NCBI GenBank assembly: GCA_958009085.1
Contig: OY253690.1
Span: 1-64,000 of the forward strand
Source: Protoeuglena noctilucae
Taxonomy: Eukaryota
DNA length: 64,000 nt
Direction: 5' to 3'
Made by a program: the position numbers and the translations under genes. Shown here piece after piece: positions 1-12,640 of the stretch; the stretch's first letter is position 1; each line of letters starts with the position of its first letter. The notes under the pieces were generated by a model that was not told the DNA's origin, ran no database searches, and saw only the letters and a list, made by a program, of their open reading frames with translations.

Positions 1-243
1 CTAACCCTAACCCTAACCCTAACCCTAACCCTAACCCTAACCCTAACCCTAACCCTAACCCTAACCCTAACCCTAACCCTAACCCTAACCCTAACCCTAA
101 CCCTAACCCTAACCCTACCCTAACCCTAACCCTAACCCAACCCTAATACCCTAACCCTAACCCTAACCCCTACCTAACCCCACCCTAAACCTACCTAACC
201 CTAACCTAAACTAACCTGACCTACCTAACCCTAACCCTAACCC
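1..243 (+). repeat. Telomere, (CCCTAA)n / TTAGGG type, with degenerate proximal repeats from about 116 to 230
   Basis: Perfect CCCTAA array from base 1. Variants (CCCTA, CCCAA, CCTAA, CCTGA) appear nearer the junction, and it ends CCCTAACCC at 243. Confidence 0.98.
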
Positions 244-2464
244 GGCATATACGAGCGCAGGTCCGTGCCCGCGCTGTTGGGCCCGGAGTTCTTGCTGGGC
301 GTCGTGTCGAGGGCGGCGAGGGGCTTGGCGTCCTTGGAGCTCGGCGGGCTGAGCCGCGCGAGGTCGAGCGATCGAATCCCGTCGAGGATCTCGAGGATCT
401 TGAGCAGCGGCGCGCAGAAGGTCGGCTGGGCCAGGAAGAGCCGCTTCTGCAGGGCCGCCCGCTTTCGCAGGAACTTGTGCCGGCGCACCGTCATCGACCA
501 CCGTTGGAACATCTGCGCGACGGTGTTGTTGCGGAAGAAGGGCGTCCGCCGCCATATGCGGAAGTGCGTCTTCTCCCGCACCCACTGCGCCAGGCTCATG
601 AACTCGCTCTGCTGGCCCCGGTAGATCTTCATGACCCCCGTCGCGCTCATGGTGAAGTAGACGTCGCCGACCTCGGAGCGACGCACGACGCGCAGGTCGT
701 ACGGGCGGTAGTCGAGGCCGGAACCGGCGGGAACGCAGTAGAAGAACTTGACGCGCTTGCTCATCTCGGAGTCCTGACCATAACGCGCATAGAACTGAAC
801 CACGTCGTCGTCCGTCTCGACGCCGGGGACCACATCATCCCCGTCCCCCTGCGCCGCGTGCGATTCCAGCGCAGCACGGTGCGCGTGGGCGGAGAGGGGG
901 TCCGAGACGAACGCGGAGTCGGCGGTGTCGCCAGGGGGGCCGTGCGCGGCCGAGGGGGGGGACTCCAGGGGCGCGGCGGGGTCCTGGGGGCACGAGGAAG
1001 GAAGCGAGTGAGAGGGTGGAGAGGTGTGCCCGAGGGGTGGGTGCAGGGGTGTTGGGTTGGGGGGCGAGTGGGGGTGCGGCGGGGGTGGGTGAAGGGAGAG
1101 GAGGGGGTGGTATGTGCGGGAGAAGATGAGAGAGTGTCAGGCGATGAGTGTGAGCGAGGGCTGTTGCAGGAGAGGGAGGTGTGAGAACAGGCAGCGAGAT
1201 ACTGGGTGGGAGCGCGGTGACTGCGGGCGTTGCTGGCGGTCTGCTGCCTCACCGTCGGGGGCTTGGACCGCTTGACGAGCGCCCCCGGGAGCGCGATGGG
1301 CCGCTTGGGCAGCGAGAAGCGCGCGGACGCGGAGAAGACCGTCGCGTGGGTCTGGGTGGGCGAGGGAGGCCCGCCGTCCACCACAGCGGGGCCGTCCAGG
1401 ATCGCCTTAAGACGCCTGGCCTGCGGAAGAAGCAAGGACCTCAGGATAACGATACGGCATGCGAGGAGCGAGCGCAGCGGCCCATCGCGCGGCCGCGCTC
1501 GCGCCAACATCCGAAAATCCGCGGCGCGCGTCGGCAACCGGCGATCCCGCGGGCCGGAACGCCGGGAGCAGGCGGGCAGCGGTATGTGCAGTGCGTCTGA
1601 GTCTCGCAGCGGCATCAGCAGCGGCACCTTAGCGAAAGGCAGAGAGTAGGCAGCTTCGGGCGTCAACGTGTCCTTGGCGAAGAGCGTGTTGTGGTCCAGC
1701 GTCGAGCCGTGGATGCCCTGCTCGATCATGAGCCCCGTGCTCGGCGCGCGGCGGCGCGTGGGCGACGGGAGGTCCCGGGTGCGCGGGAGGCCCGGCGAGT
1801 GCTGCACGTCCACATGCACCGTGCCTGCCACGCGAGGGAGCCACGCCGGCGTCTGCGGGGGCGCGGACAGCATCTCATTAGTCGCAGAAAGACAGCGGCC
1901 GTCCCGCACAAATCGCGGGCGCGCTGTAGCGCGGGGCAGGGGCCGAGCCGGCCTTATGGCAGAACAGAACGGGCCGGGCCCCCTCGCGGTGGGAACGCGC
2001 ATCGGGAATGGCGCACGATGCAGGCAAGGTTCGCGAGAAAGCCGGGGAAAAGCAGCGCTCCTGCTCCAGCGAAGCGCGCGGGGCAAGCTGATGTGCGAAC
2101 GCTGTCCCCCGCTCAGCCCGCGCAGCAGATGACAGAGCCAAGGCACGCAGGGATAGCCGAATGAAATAGTGTACCCGTCTGAGCGAGCAGCAGATGCCTC
2201 GGTGGAGCGCTCGATGGGAACCGATCCCATGTTGCTGCCCTACATGGCAGGGCCCAAAGCGGCGCGCGGGGAGCACCCCCGGCCCACCCGCTGGCATATC
2301 CAGGTGCAGAAGGAAAGCCTCTCGAGAGTCTACTCGCGCGGGGGTCGCACCTCGGGCTCCGGCAGCTCGGTGAGCCGCGGCAACCGTGCCGTAGTTGCGA
2401 AGCCCTTGGAGAGGGTCCGGGAGCGGTCCCCCTGCCCCAGGTGGGAGGCGCCCTCCCGCGTCAT
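237..2464 (-). pseudogene. N-terminal part of an axonemal (inner-arm, DNAH6-like) dynein heavy chain, truncated by the telomere
   Basis: Exon 983->237 encodes FFYC...RPYDLRVV...YFTMSATGV...EFMSLAQWVREK..F..FF...F.RW..TVRR.KF......RLF, resembling the DNAH6-type N-terminus. The frame ends in the telomere (CCG GGT TAG). Upstream exons (donor near 1252) and the start near 2464 are tentative. Confidence 0.72.
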
Positions 2465-2988
2465 GTCCTCCGTCGCGTGCACCCTACCAACGCGGTCGTC
2501 CAGCGGGGCGTCGTCGCTGGGTCGCCATCAAGGCGTGCGGATGCGCACGCAGCCGGCCATGCACAGGTGATACGTCTAGAGAGAAGCCCTCAAAGGAGCT
2601 AAAACAAGGATCAGCGAGGCTCGCCAGCCAGTCAGCGAGTCGGCAAGCGAACTAACGGCTCCTAGCGGTCGCGTCCGAAACAGAGCATGCGAGCGGACAG
2701 ATGGTATGAGAGGAAGTGGCTGGGAGTTGGTTTAATGAGCGGGGCGTCGGCAATCGGGATCTGGCAACGCCAGTCAGACGGGAGGGCCTCCTTTCTTCCC
2801 GGGCCCCGACCGCACTCGAGCCCAGAACGGTCGGGATCCACATTGCAAGAGCACACCCGCGCACGAGCCTCGATCCCTGTCGGCCTCGCCCGCGGAACTT
2901 CTGCGCCCGCGAGGGTTAGGGCGCCGCTCGGCGAGCCGGGGCCGCGGAGCCCATCGTCTTCCGTCCGCCGCGTCCCCCGCTGGAGGGA

Positions 2989-5900
2989 ATGGGGAAGCAC
3001 AACGGGAAGGCCCGCCCGTCGGGCATGGCAGGTGGGCTGCGCAGCGCGGGCCCGGGCTGCCGGCGCGTGTGCGTTTGCGAGTCCAGCGGGGCCGTGGGAA
3101 GCGCGCTGGTGGCTCGCTGCCGGCTCGCTTATGCGCGTAGACGATGTCGGTGCGACGCGGTGCTCCGAACGCGACTTCTGCCCCGGACGCCCGCGCGACA
3201 CGGCCCCGTACCCGCAGTGGGCGCGGCGCTGACCAACCGCTTCAAGTCCGGCCGCCCGGCCAAGTCCGTGGGCGTCGCGGACCCCATGCTGCATACGACG
3301 GATGTGCACGCGAAGCCTACGATGCAGTCGGTGCTCGAGGGCAACGACCTGGTCGCCTTCATGGAAATGGCCGAGGTGCGGCGCGCGGCGGGCGGCGCGG
3401 AGCGAACGCGACGTATCGGATACAGTTTTTGTTACTTGCAACTAGTACCTGCACGGGTCTTCGCGGTCGGACGGCGCCCCGGGCGCTCCCAGGCCAACCG
3501 CTGCTCACGCCCTTGCATCGCAAGCCCCGCCCTCCGCGCGCAGCTGAGCAACCGGGACTTCGCGGGGGAGCGCCAGAACTCCGTGGTCTTGACATCCAAG
3601 GCCGTGCTGGGCAAGGACATGGAGCGTAGCCGCGAGGAGCGTGCCGCGGCCGAGGCGCGCCACCGCGAGGCCCTCAGGCGAGTTATGCAGAGCTCGCAAC
3701 GCCGCAGCTGGGGTACATGTGACTTACTTATGTTCATGAGAATGCATCGCGACGGAAGCGGGCTGCCGGGAACCTCCGCCGCGGTGCAGCCAGCCCGCTG
3801 CATTGCTGAGCAACGCGCCTCCCTGTTACAGCGTCCCTGCTGGGACTCGAAGTGACGGTAGTATTATTGTACAATCCTGTCATGTTACTATAAATTCATG
3901 TTCTCCTTTCCCTTTCAGGCTCCCGCGCCGCCCGCGTTGGGACCGCGACACGACCCCGGAGGAGCTCGAGCGCAAGGAGAAGGACTCCTTTCTAGCGTGG
4001 CGGCGGCGGCTGGCGATGGCGGAAGAGGAGGAGGGGCTGTTGCTGACGCCGTTCGAGAAGGCAAGGAATACGAGGGGATGGGTGGTGGGCATGATGGATG
4101 CATGGTCAAAGGGGCGGGGCCGTGCAGTGCAGCTATCTCAGTAATAACAATAAACAATTACAACTATGTTACTATTTCTATAACCGTATCGTGTTCTCAT
4201 CCCTCGCAGAACCTGGAGGTGTGGCGCCAGCTGTGGCGTGTGCTGGAGCGGTCGGACGTGGTGGTGCAGGTGGTGGACGCCAGGGACCCGATGCGGTACT
4301 GGAGCCAGGTGATGTAGCAATAATGCATTATATGAATGATTGGTGATGCTGATAACTGGGGTGGCTGCTGACGGTAATCATTCATGATGTGATCATCATC
4401 ACCCTCGCCCGTCGACGCTCACCCCCACTTCCCACCCCTCATCCCACACCATCCATTCACCCATATCTCGTTTCTTTCTCATATCCCCAGGATTTGGTAT
4501 CCTACGCCTCCGAATTGGGCAACAAGGGCAGCGTGCTCCTCCTCAACAAGGCTGACCTTTTGCCCGGGTTCGCCCGCCGCGCCTGGGCCGATTATTTCGA
4601 CGCCAGGAATATCCGGTACGTGTTCTGGAGTGCCTACGAGGCGTCGGTGGATTTGGAGATCGAGAGGGGGGTGGAGCGGGAGAGGGAGATGGGGGGCAAG
4701 GGGGACGCGGAGGTGGCGATCGCTGCCAGGTGACCTAAGGGGGCGTGGTTGTGGTTGTTATTGTAAGTATGTATGTATGTTGATGTTGTTATTATCTGTA
4801 GGTTATCGATCCATATTGTCGCTACGATTGCAATCATGATTGATGGTAGTAATTATCGATAGTTTTCATTGGCATGTCATCATTGATCATTGATAGTAAT
4901 ACTTATGGACGGTCATGACGTGCATCTCTCGTCCCTGTTCCCCGCAGGCGCGCGGCGCTGGACGACAGCGGTGGGGACGCGCGTGTGAGAGTGCTGACGA
5001 GGGCAGAGCTGATGGGGGCATTGGAGGGGATGGCGGCGGAGGCGGTCGCGAGGGGTGGGGGGCGATGCGTGGGATGGGAGTGTTGCTAGGTGTTACTGAG
5101 ATATCACATTACTAACGAACCTCATTTGCAGCTCCCACCGGTAACCCCCACCCCCTCACACCCCACAATCATCTCGCCACCCCCTTCGCCCCCCACCCCT
5201 CCCCCCGCAGCCCCCGCCGATGACCCCCGCCGCCAGCCCCACCCCCTCACGGGCGAGCCCCACCGCCCGACCGTGGGCATGGTGGGCTTCCCCAACGTCG
5301 GCAAGTCATCGACGATCAACGCGCTGTTTGGGGGAAAGAAGGTGGCGGTGGCGCCCACTCCTGGCAAGACCAAGCACTTCCAGACATTGCTGGTCACCGA
5401 TGACCTCGCGCTGTGCGACTGGTGAGGGGGGGTATGAGTGGGGGTGTTGAGTGAGTGCAACCGGTGAGGGCGGAGAGAGTGTGCGGGGACACAGAGGGTG
5501 TGTGCATGTGCAGTGATATGCACCCTGAAGCCCCACCCTCACCACACCCCTCTTACCCCCACCCCATTCCCCTCCCAACCCCCCCTCCCCCGCAGCCCCG
5601 GCCTGGTGTTCCCCACCTTCGCCTCATCTAAGCCAGACATGGTGGCAGCTGGGGTGGTGCCCATCGACCGATTGGTGGACGTGCGGGCGTGCGTGGAGGT
5701 GGTAGCGGCACGCGTGGGGAGGGAGCAGTGGCGGTGGGTGTACAACGCCAGAGTGGCGGTGAGTGGTGGGGGTCATGTATGACGGTGGGGTGGTGGGGGG
5801 AGGCAGTGAGGGTGGTAGTGGGGGTAGCAGTGAGGGAGCAGTGGCGGTGGCAGTGAGGGTATCGGTGGAACACAGCAGCAAGGGTAGCACAGCGCACTCG

Positions 5901-7543
5901 AGCGCTGCGCTGCCAACAGCCACCCTCCCCAACCCCTCCACCCACACCTGCCCCACCTGGTGGTCTCCCGATCGAACCCCACCAAGTAACCCTTTTCACC
6001 CTCCCCTCCCCGCAGCCCCCCGCTCCCCACGAGGACCCCCGCCGCCCCCCCACGGCAGCGGAAGTGATGCGAGCGGTGTGCATTGCTCATGGCTGGGTGA
6101 ACGGGAGCGGGCTGCCCGACGAGACGAGGGTGAGTGCCAAGTGCTATGTGTTGACTATGTGAGCTTAGTGGAGTGTACATATGGCCAGCTGATGTATACG
6201 CGCGGTGTGCATTGCTCATGGGTGAGCATGTGCATATGGGAGCGGACCAGCTGAGGTATCATGGGTGGGAGCACAAGACATGGATAACATCAAAGTCGTT
6301 TCATGCAATCACAGAGTGGTCGCATGATTCTCAAGGACTATGTAGACGGCCGGCTGCTTTACTTTGAGTGGCCCCCGGGGTCGGTGCGGCCGGCGGAGGC
6401 GGACAGGGTGGTGCCGCCCGCTGTCAAGGTGAGGAGGGATGGGGTGGTGGGGGAGGGGGGTGGGGGGTGATGGTGATGAGTGCAGTGTGGGTGGGAGTAA
6501 GGGGTGGTGCCGCCCGCTGTAAAGGCGTGAGGGGGATGGTGCTTGAGTTGGGGAGATTGAGTCATAGTGATGGTGACGGTGATGGTAGATGACGTTATTG
6601 CATTCATATATTGATACGCTCACTTGCGTCATCATCCCAGGCACGGTGGGCGCGAGACGGGGACGTGAGGGCAAGGGGTGTGGCGATGGCAGAGGAAGGG
6701 GAGGGCGCGACTGAGTCAGTCACTGAGTCAGTCGCTGCGTCAGTCGGGGAGGGGCTGCAGGGGGCGGGGGCGGGGGCGGCGAGGGTGGCGGGCGGGGCTG
6801 GGCCGGCGGCACACGCAGGTGGGTGGGTGTTGGGTGTTGAGTGTGTGCATGTAGCTGGTTGTACGTGTGCCTGGGTCGAGTGTTGTTACTTTCCGGTGGC
6901 TTTTGCAATCATGAATGTGCTTGCTTGCTTTGCTTGCACGCATGGAGGTGTGCTCGCCAGCCCACGTCAGCCCACCCACTCGCTCCCCCTTGATCTCACT
7001 TATCCCCCAGTGTCCGTTCCCGGCGCCGTCCACATGACGGGGGGCATGCACCGCGCACCCAAAGCACCGGCGGTGACTGCGGGCAAAATTCAAAATGCGG
7101 GAAAGGGGGCGGGGGTGGACGCAGAGCTTCGGGCGGAGATGGAGGCGATGGGTATCGAAGCCGCGACGTCCGGGGCGCCGCGGAGGCCGGATTACAAGTT
7201 CAAGAACAAGCAGGCGCGGAGCAAGGGGACAAGGGGGAAGGTGAGCGTCAGTCTGAGGGAGGGAGAGTGACGGGGGTGTCGCTGTTAGGTTTCGCGTCGC
7301 TTTGGCATCGGTTGAGGGTCGCTGAGGATCGCTGCGGCGGACAGAGCGTTCTAGCGACATCACAATGCGCAGTAGAGGATTGACCATTCGCATATTCCGT
7401 GGTTCTGTGTCGGGAGCCAAGTTATGCATCTTAGCGTTCTCCTCGCGCCGCAGGGGGCGTACGGCATCGGGGCGGACGGCGACGCCGAGGGTCTGGGGGT
7501 GACGTACGGGCGCAGGGGAGGGCTCGTGCCCGTGGGCCAATAG
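2989..7543 (+). CDS. LSG1: Large subunit GTPase 1 (circularly permuted YlqF/YawG-family GTPase), multi-exon
   Basis: Spliced motifs LPRRPRWD, LTPFEK|NLEVWRQLWRVLERSDVVVQVVDARDP, LLLNKADLL, GMVGFPNVGKSSTIN, TPGKTKHFQT and LCD|PGLVFP. ATG at 2989; last exon 7454-7543. Confidence 0.93.
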
Positions 7544-8055
7544 GCATCGCGCCAAGAGCAGCGTCGACGTGCAGACGGGGCTTAATTGCGGGCTATTCGA
7601 GGATGATGCGGCCCTGCGCCGTCGCCTGTGCAGTGCTATTGAATACAAATCACCAGCTGCGCAGGCGAATTTCCCCTGGAACGCCGCTGGCAACCGGCGC
7701 GCGGCTGGCATCTGTCGGCGCCAGGTCGGCGCCAGCCAGGAAGCCAGCGCCGGCTCCTCGCGCGGACTCGGCGCCGCGACGCCGTCACACCGTCCGCCGC
7801 TATCGCGTCTGCGTGGCCTCGCGTCGAGAGATCAGGGCTCGCGTCCCCCACCGCTGGCTGAACTGCGTTGCCGGCTGCGTTGCAGAGGCGCCTCGCTCGA
7901 GAGCTGCGGTGCCCCGTGCGGTGACGTAGGGCTTCTCCCGCAGCAGTAGCATGCTCTTGTGAGGCGGGGGCCTCTCTCGTGCGCGTCACTCCAGCCAGAG
8001 GCCCTAGCTAGGGGGCGACGAGCGCCCGGCGGGCGGGCGCGGCTGAGGGAGGGGG

Positions 8056-11000
8056 ATGGGAGGCACCCAGAGCAAGGATGTCGCGCAGGCGGGGCGCTTT
8101 GGGGCCATCACGGAGGGTGAGGGCGACCTTGCCGCTCGGCGCGGTCCGCAGCGCGGCCTGCGCCGGACGCCGGGACCGTCTCCTTGACCTTCGCGGGACG
8201 CCCTTCCGAGCGCGGAACCCGGGGCCCGGTGCGATGGCCCAACGGGCAGTCCCACGGGACCGCGCGCTCGGGACGCCGCCTGCGTGCGAGCGCGTGCGGC
8301 GATGATCGATGCGTGCATGAATGGACGAGAGAACGCCCCCCAGCGGCGCTGCGGCCGCTCCGGCATCCCCCGCGAGCGCCCTCGCCCTGCTAGGGGTCTT
8401 TGCCCGTCTCGCCCTCCTCTCTGAGGCTGCGGAAGGGCTTGTTTGGACGCGCGACGTTTCATGGCATTTCACAGCAATGCGTCGCCCAATCGCGGCGCCG
8501 GTTGGAGCCCCCGGGCCGCGAAACGCCCCCGCCGCATGCCGCGCCCCTCCCCGCCCCCACGCGCGCAGGGTTCCGGAAGGGGAAGGACCTCAAGCTTCCA
8601 GATGCGGCCGTGCGTGTCAAGGTGACTTTGCTCGCCCGCACGCCTCCCCGCGCGGGCCCCGGCAGTCCTCGAGCAGCGCAGCATCGCCCGCCCGCCCCCT
8701 GCGCCGCGCCGCCGCGTCGCGCGTCGCCGCGCCGTGCTGCCGATGTTGCATTTGATATATAGAATCACGTCCGAGACGTCTCCTGTCACGAACCTGCTCG
8801 CAGCCCGAGGACATGTCCAAGATCGACGCCTCGCTTCAGCGCCTGCTGGTTTTCAAGAACCTGGACGCGGACGCGCGGCGGAGGATCATCGAATACATGT
8901 GAGCATGTATTGAGTGGAGATGCTTCTGCGGTTGCAATTGCGAATCCGATGCGCCACTGAGTGACGAATGCGGGGCAGGTGGTGGGGCGAGCGAGCGTGC
9001 GTGCGTGCGTGAGGGTGGCTCCCTGCACCACTCCATCCACCAGTCACACCATGACCAACACCGTCACATCCCTATGTCCTTTCTCATCCCACAGGTACGA
9101 GCGCCCTGTCAAGGCGGGCGAGATCCTCATCCGCGAGGGCGACACGGGGCTGGCAGCACAAGAGCTGTACGTGGTGAAGGCGGGGGAATTCGAAATACGA
9201 GAGCAGCGGAAGGGGGTAAATTTGAAGGTGAGGGTGGTTTGAGGGTGGTTGGCAGTGGCGGCGCACAGGTGGAGGGGTGGGGGTGATGACACTACACTGC
9301 GTACCGCCCTCACCCACCCATCACCCCCTCACCCACCTCACCCCCTCACCCCCTCACCCACCCCCAACCCCCTCATCACCCCCTCACCCACCTCACCCCC
9401 TCACCCCCTCACCCCCTCACCCACCCCCAACCCCCTCATCACCCCCTCACCCACCTCACCCCCTCACCACCCCCTTCCCCCCCCCCCTCACCCAGGTCGC
9501 GATGCGCGGCGTGGGCGACTACTTCGGCGAAGTAGCCCTTCTCTTCGACCAGCCGCGCAACGCCACCGTGGCCGCCACCCAGGACGCGGTGGTGTGGGTG
9601 TTAGAGCGTGGGGTGTTCCGCCACTTCGTGCGCGCCCAGCAGGAAGAAGCACGCAGCGAGGTGCACGTGTTTATGAACCAGGTCAAGATCCTGCAGAACC
9701 TGAGCGAGGAGGAGCAGGCTAGGCTGGTGGACGCGTTTGAGGTGCGGGCGTTCCCCGCCGGGACCACCGTGGTCCGGCAGGGCGACCCCGGCGACTTCTT
9801 CTACATCATCAAAGCGGGGGAGGCGGAGGTGAACGTCGAGGCGGACGGGACGGTCAAGAAGGTCAACCACCTGTTCAAGTGAGTGGGTGTTTTGTATGGG
9901 GACTACCTGTGTTAACTGAGTTATAATGTATGAGCTGTACTGATCACTGGTACTTATAAGTAACAGTAACCCAAGCGTTCGCTTATTTCCCACTCTCTAA
10001 CACACCCAGGAGCGACTATTTTGGAGAAATGGCGCTGCTGGACCCCTCGACCCCCCGCGTGGCCACCGTCACCGCTTCCGGGGAGGGCGACCTGGTGTGC
10101 CTGGTGTTGGACAAGAAGACGTTCACGGAGGTGCTGGGGCCGATGGAGGAGATCATGAAGAGGGAGAAGAGCCCGCAGGTGATGATTATAATAGTAGTAA
10201 TGCTAGTATTGGGAATGGTGATAGTTAGTAGCAGTGCTGGGGCCGCTGGAGGAGATGACGCCCAAGCGATGCAAGAAGAAAACCACATTTACCATAAACT
10301 CGTTACGATTCCCACCTACCCCCCATCCCCCTTCAGGTCATCCACCAGAAGATGCGCAAGCTGGCCAACCGCGGCTCCCCCACGCGCGTCCCAGCCGAGG
10401 TGGTCATCCGGAAGCGCGACGCCCAGGGCCGCGTGACCGAGGTCCGCGCCCGCGGTCACCTGGACGAAGTGCTGGAGCTGAAAGAGACGGTGGAAAAGGC
10501 ACAGAACCCCGCGTCGGGGCAGGAGAGGGTGAAGGACTCGACGCTGGTGCTGGAGGAGGGGCAGGTGCTGGGGGGCGGGGCGTTTTCGAGGGTCTCGGTG
10601 GTCAAGGAGGAGAGCAGCGGGCGGCAGTACGCGCTCAAGAGGATGCGCAAGTCGGCGGTCGTGCAGTGCCCGGGTGAGTGGTTATTATTAGTAGTTAGTA
10701 TTTGTTATACGTATAGTGTAAGAGAGAGAGCAGCGGAAGGCAGTGCGCGCTGAAGAGGATGAGGAAATCGGCGGTCGTGCAGTGCCCGGGTGAGTCACTG
10801 GTAATGGTAGTAAGTGTTGGTAGTTATCCTGTAATAGGAGGAGAGTAGCGGGAGGCGGTAGGCGCTGAAGAGGATGCGGAAACGCACCAGCTAGTTAACA
10901 TGGATGATCACATTGCTGTACATAACATTGACAGTAATGATAATGATAAGAATAATAATGATAACCACACTCCCCCCTTCCTTCCCCCCCACAGGCCACG

Positions 11001-12640
11001 TCTTCTGCGAGCAGGCCATCACCAAGAACACCGCCCACCCCTTCTGCATCCGTCAGTACGCGAGCTTCCAGGACCGACTTCACCTCTACTTTCTGTTCGA
11101 TTTGATGTCGGGCGGTGACCTGATGGACGTGCTGGTGGCGGAGGCCCAGGTCATCAAATTACGAATGAGGGGGTCGGGGATTAAGGACGGGTGCATGGGG
11201 AAGAAGGCGAGTGGTTGTTACATATGGCTGTATAGTTGATATGTGATATTGATTGTTACAATGTGTAATGGTGTGTGTCATCAGATTACGAATGAGGGGG
11301 TCGGGGATCAAGGACGGGTGCATGGGGAAGAAGGCGAGTGGGGTTATCGGTGTTGGGTGGTGAATGGGAGTGTTGTTATTTAAATGACAATAATACCCAG
11401 TACTATACTATTTTAATATTACAAATCCACTTGGCATGAAGGGGTCCAAAGTGTTCGGCCCAGCTAGCATATCTAATTTAATAATTATTATTATAGTTAA
11501 TATAACAGCCACAGCCATAAACCCCTCTTCTACCCATCCCCCCTTCAGGTCAAGATGCTGGTGGGGATGAAGGAGGACCTGGCCAATAGTCAATCGAACA
11601 TACATATCGAACCCATGATATTAACTGATATACATCCCACCCATCTCCCCAGGTCAAGATGCTGATGGGGATGAAGGAGGACCTGGCCAGGTTCTACGTG
11701 GCCAGCATCGTTTTGGCATTGGAGTACCTCCACGACAATCGCACCGTCTATCGCGATTTGAAGCCCGAGAACGTCTTCATCGACGATTCGGGGTATATCA
11801 AGCTGGGCGATTTTGGGTTCGCGAAGGTGCTCGAGGGAGCGAGGACCTACACCTTCTGCGGGACCCCGGGGTACGTGGCGCCAGAAAACATCCTGACGCA
11901 CGGCTACTCGTACGCGGTCGACTGGTGGGGGCTCGGGGTGCTCACGTACGTCCTGCTGACCGGGAAACAGCCCTTCTCGTCGCCCAGGTGAGAGATTGTG
12001 ATGGGTGGGGGTTGGGGGTGGGGATGGGGTGGTGGGTGGTTGTGGTGGGGTGCTGAGGTGTTGGGTTGGTGCTGGCCAAGTGTTTATGTTTATGGTTGAT
12101 GTGTTAACTGGTCTTGTTTGTTTGCTGATGTTATTTGTAATATACATTCGTAAATGGGTATAGTTTTTCAATATTTACAGACTTGCTACCCCCGGGAATT
12201 ATTATGATATAGATTCTACAGCGTTGTCAATTATATAAATCATTTATTACACAATAACCCATTCCCCCCCCTCGCCTAACAGGACGCACGACCCGATGGT
12301 CATCATGCGCCGCATTGTGGACGAGACCTTCCAGATCAAGTTCCCCCCGTACGTCAGCGAGCCCGCCAAGTCCTTCATCGGGGCCCTGCTCGAGCGAAAG
12401 CCCCACAAGCGACTGGGCATGCTGCAGGGCCGGGTGGCGGACATCAAGACGCACAAGTGGTTCGCCGGGTTTGACTGGGAGGCGCTCGCGGCTCGGAAGA
12501 TGCCCGCGCCTCGCGTGCCGAAGGACGACGCCAAGAAGAGGCTTAAGGAGCTGGCGGACGCGGAGGAGGGGCTGGACCAGGCGGCCCACGAGACCAACGA
12601 GGAGCTGCAGGAGTGCCAGATCGTGTTCGCGTTGTTTTAA
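8056..12640 (+). CDS. Cyclic-nucleotide-dependent (PKG-like) Ser/Thr kinase: two cNMP-binding domains plus an AGC kinase domain, with a predicted N-myristoylation site
   Basis: cNMP motifs [16 protein letters not shown] and [15 protein letters not shown]. Kinase motifs [43 protein letters not shown] and VDWWGLG. The putative start MGGTQSK at 8056 is less certain than the stop TAA at 12640. Confidence 0.9.
9305..9490 (+). repeat. Intronic C-rich tandem repeat (CCCTCA/CCCCTCA units, with a ~62-bp higher-order duplication)
   Basis: The block ccctcacccacccccaaccccctcatcaccccctcacccacctcaccccctcacc occurs twice just upstream of the acceptor at ~9495. Confidence 0.85.

Noticed and set aside
761..2230. 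489-aa minus-strand ORF
   Set aside because: Runs through intron-like C-rich tracts and is Arg/Pro-rich; only parts are likely dynein exons.
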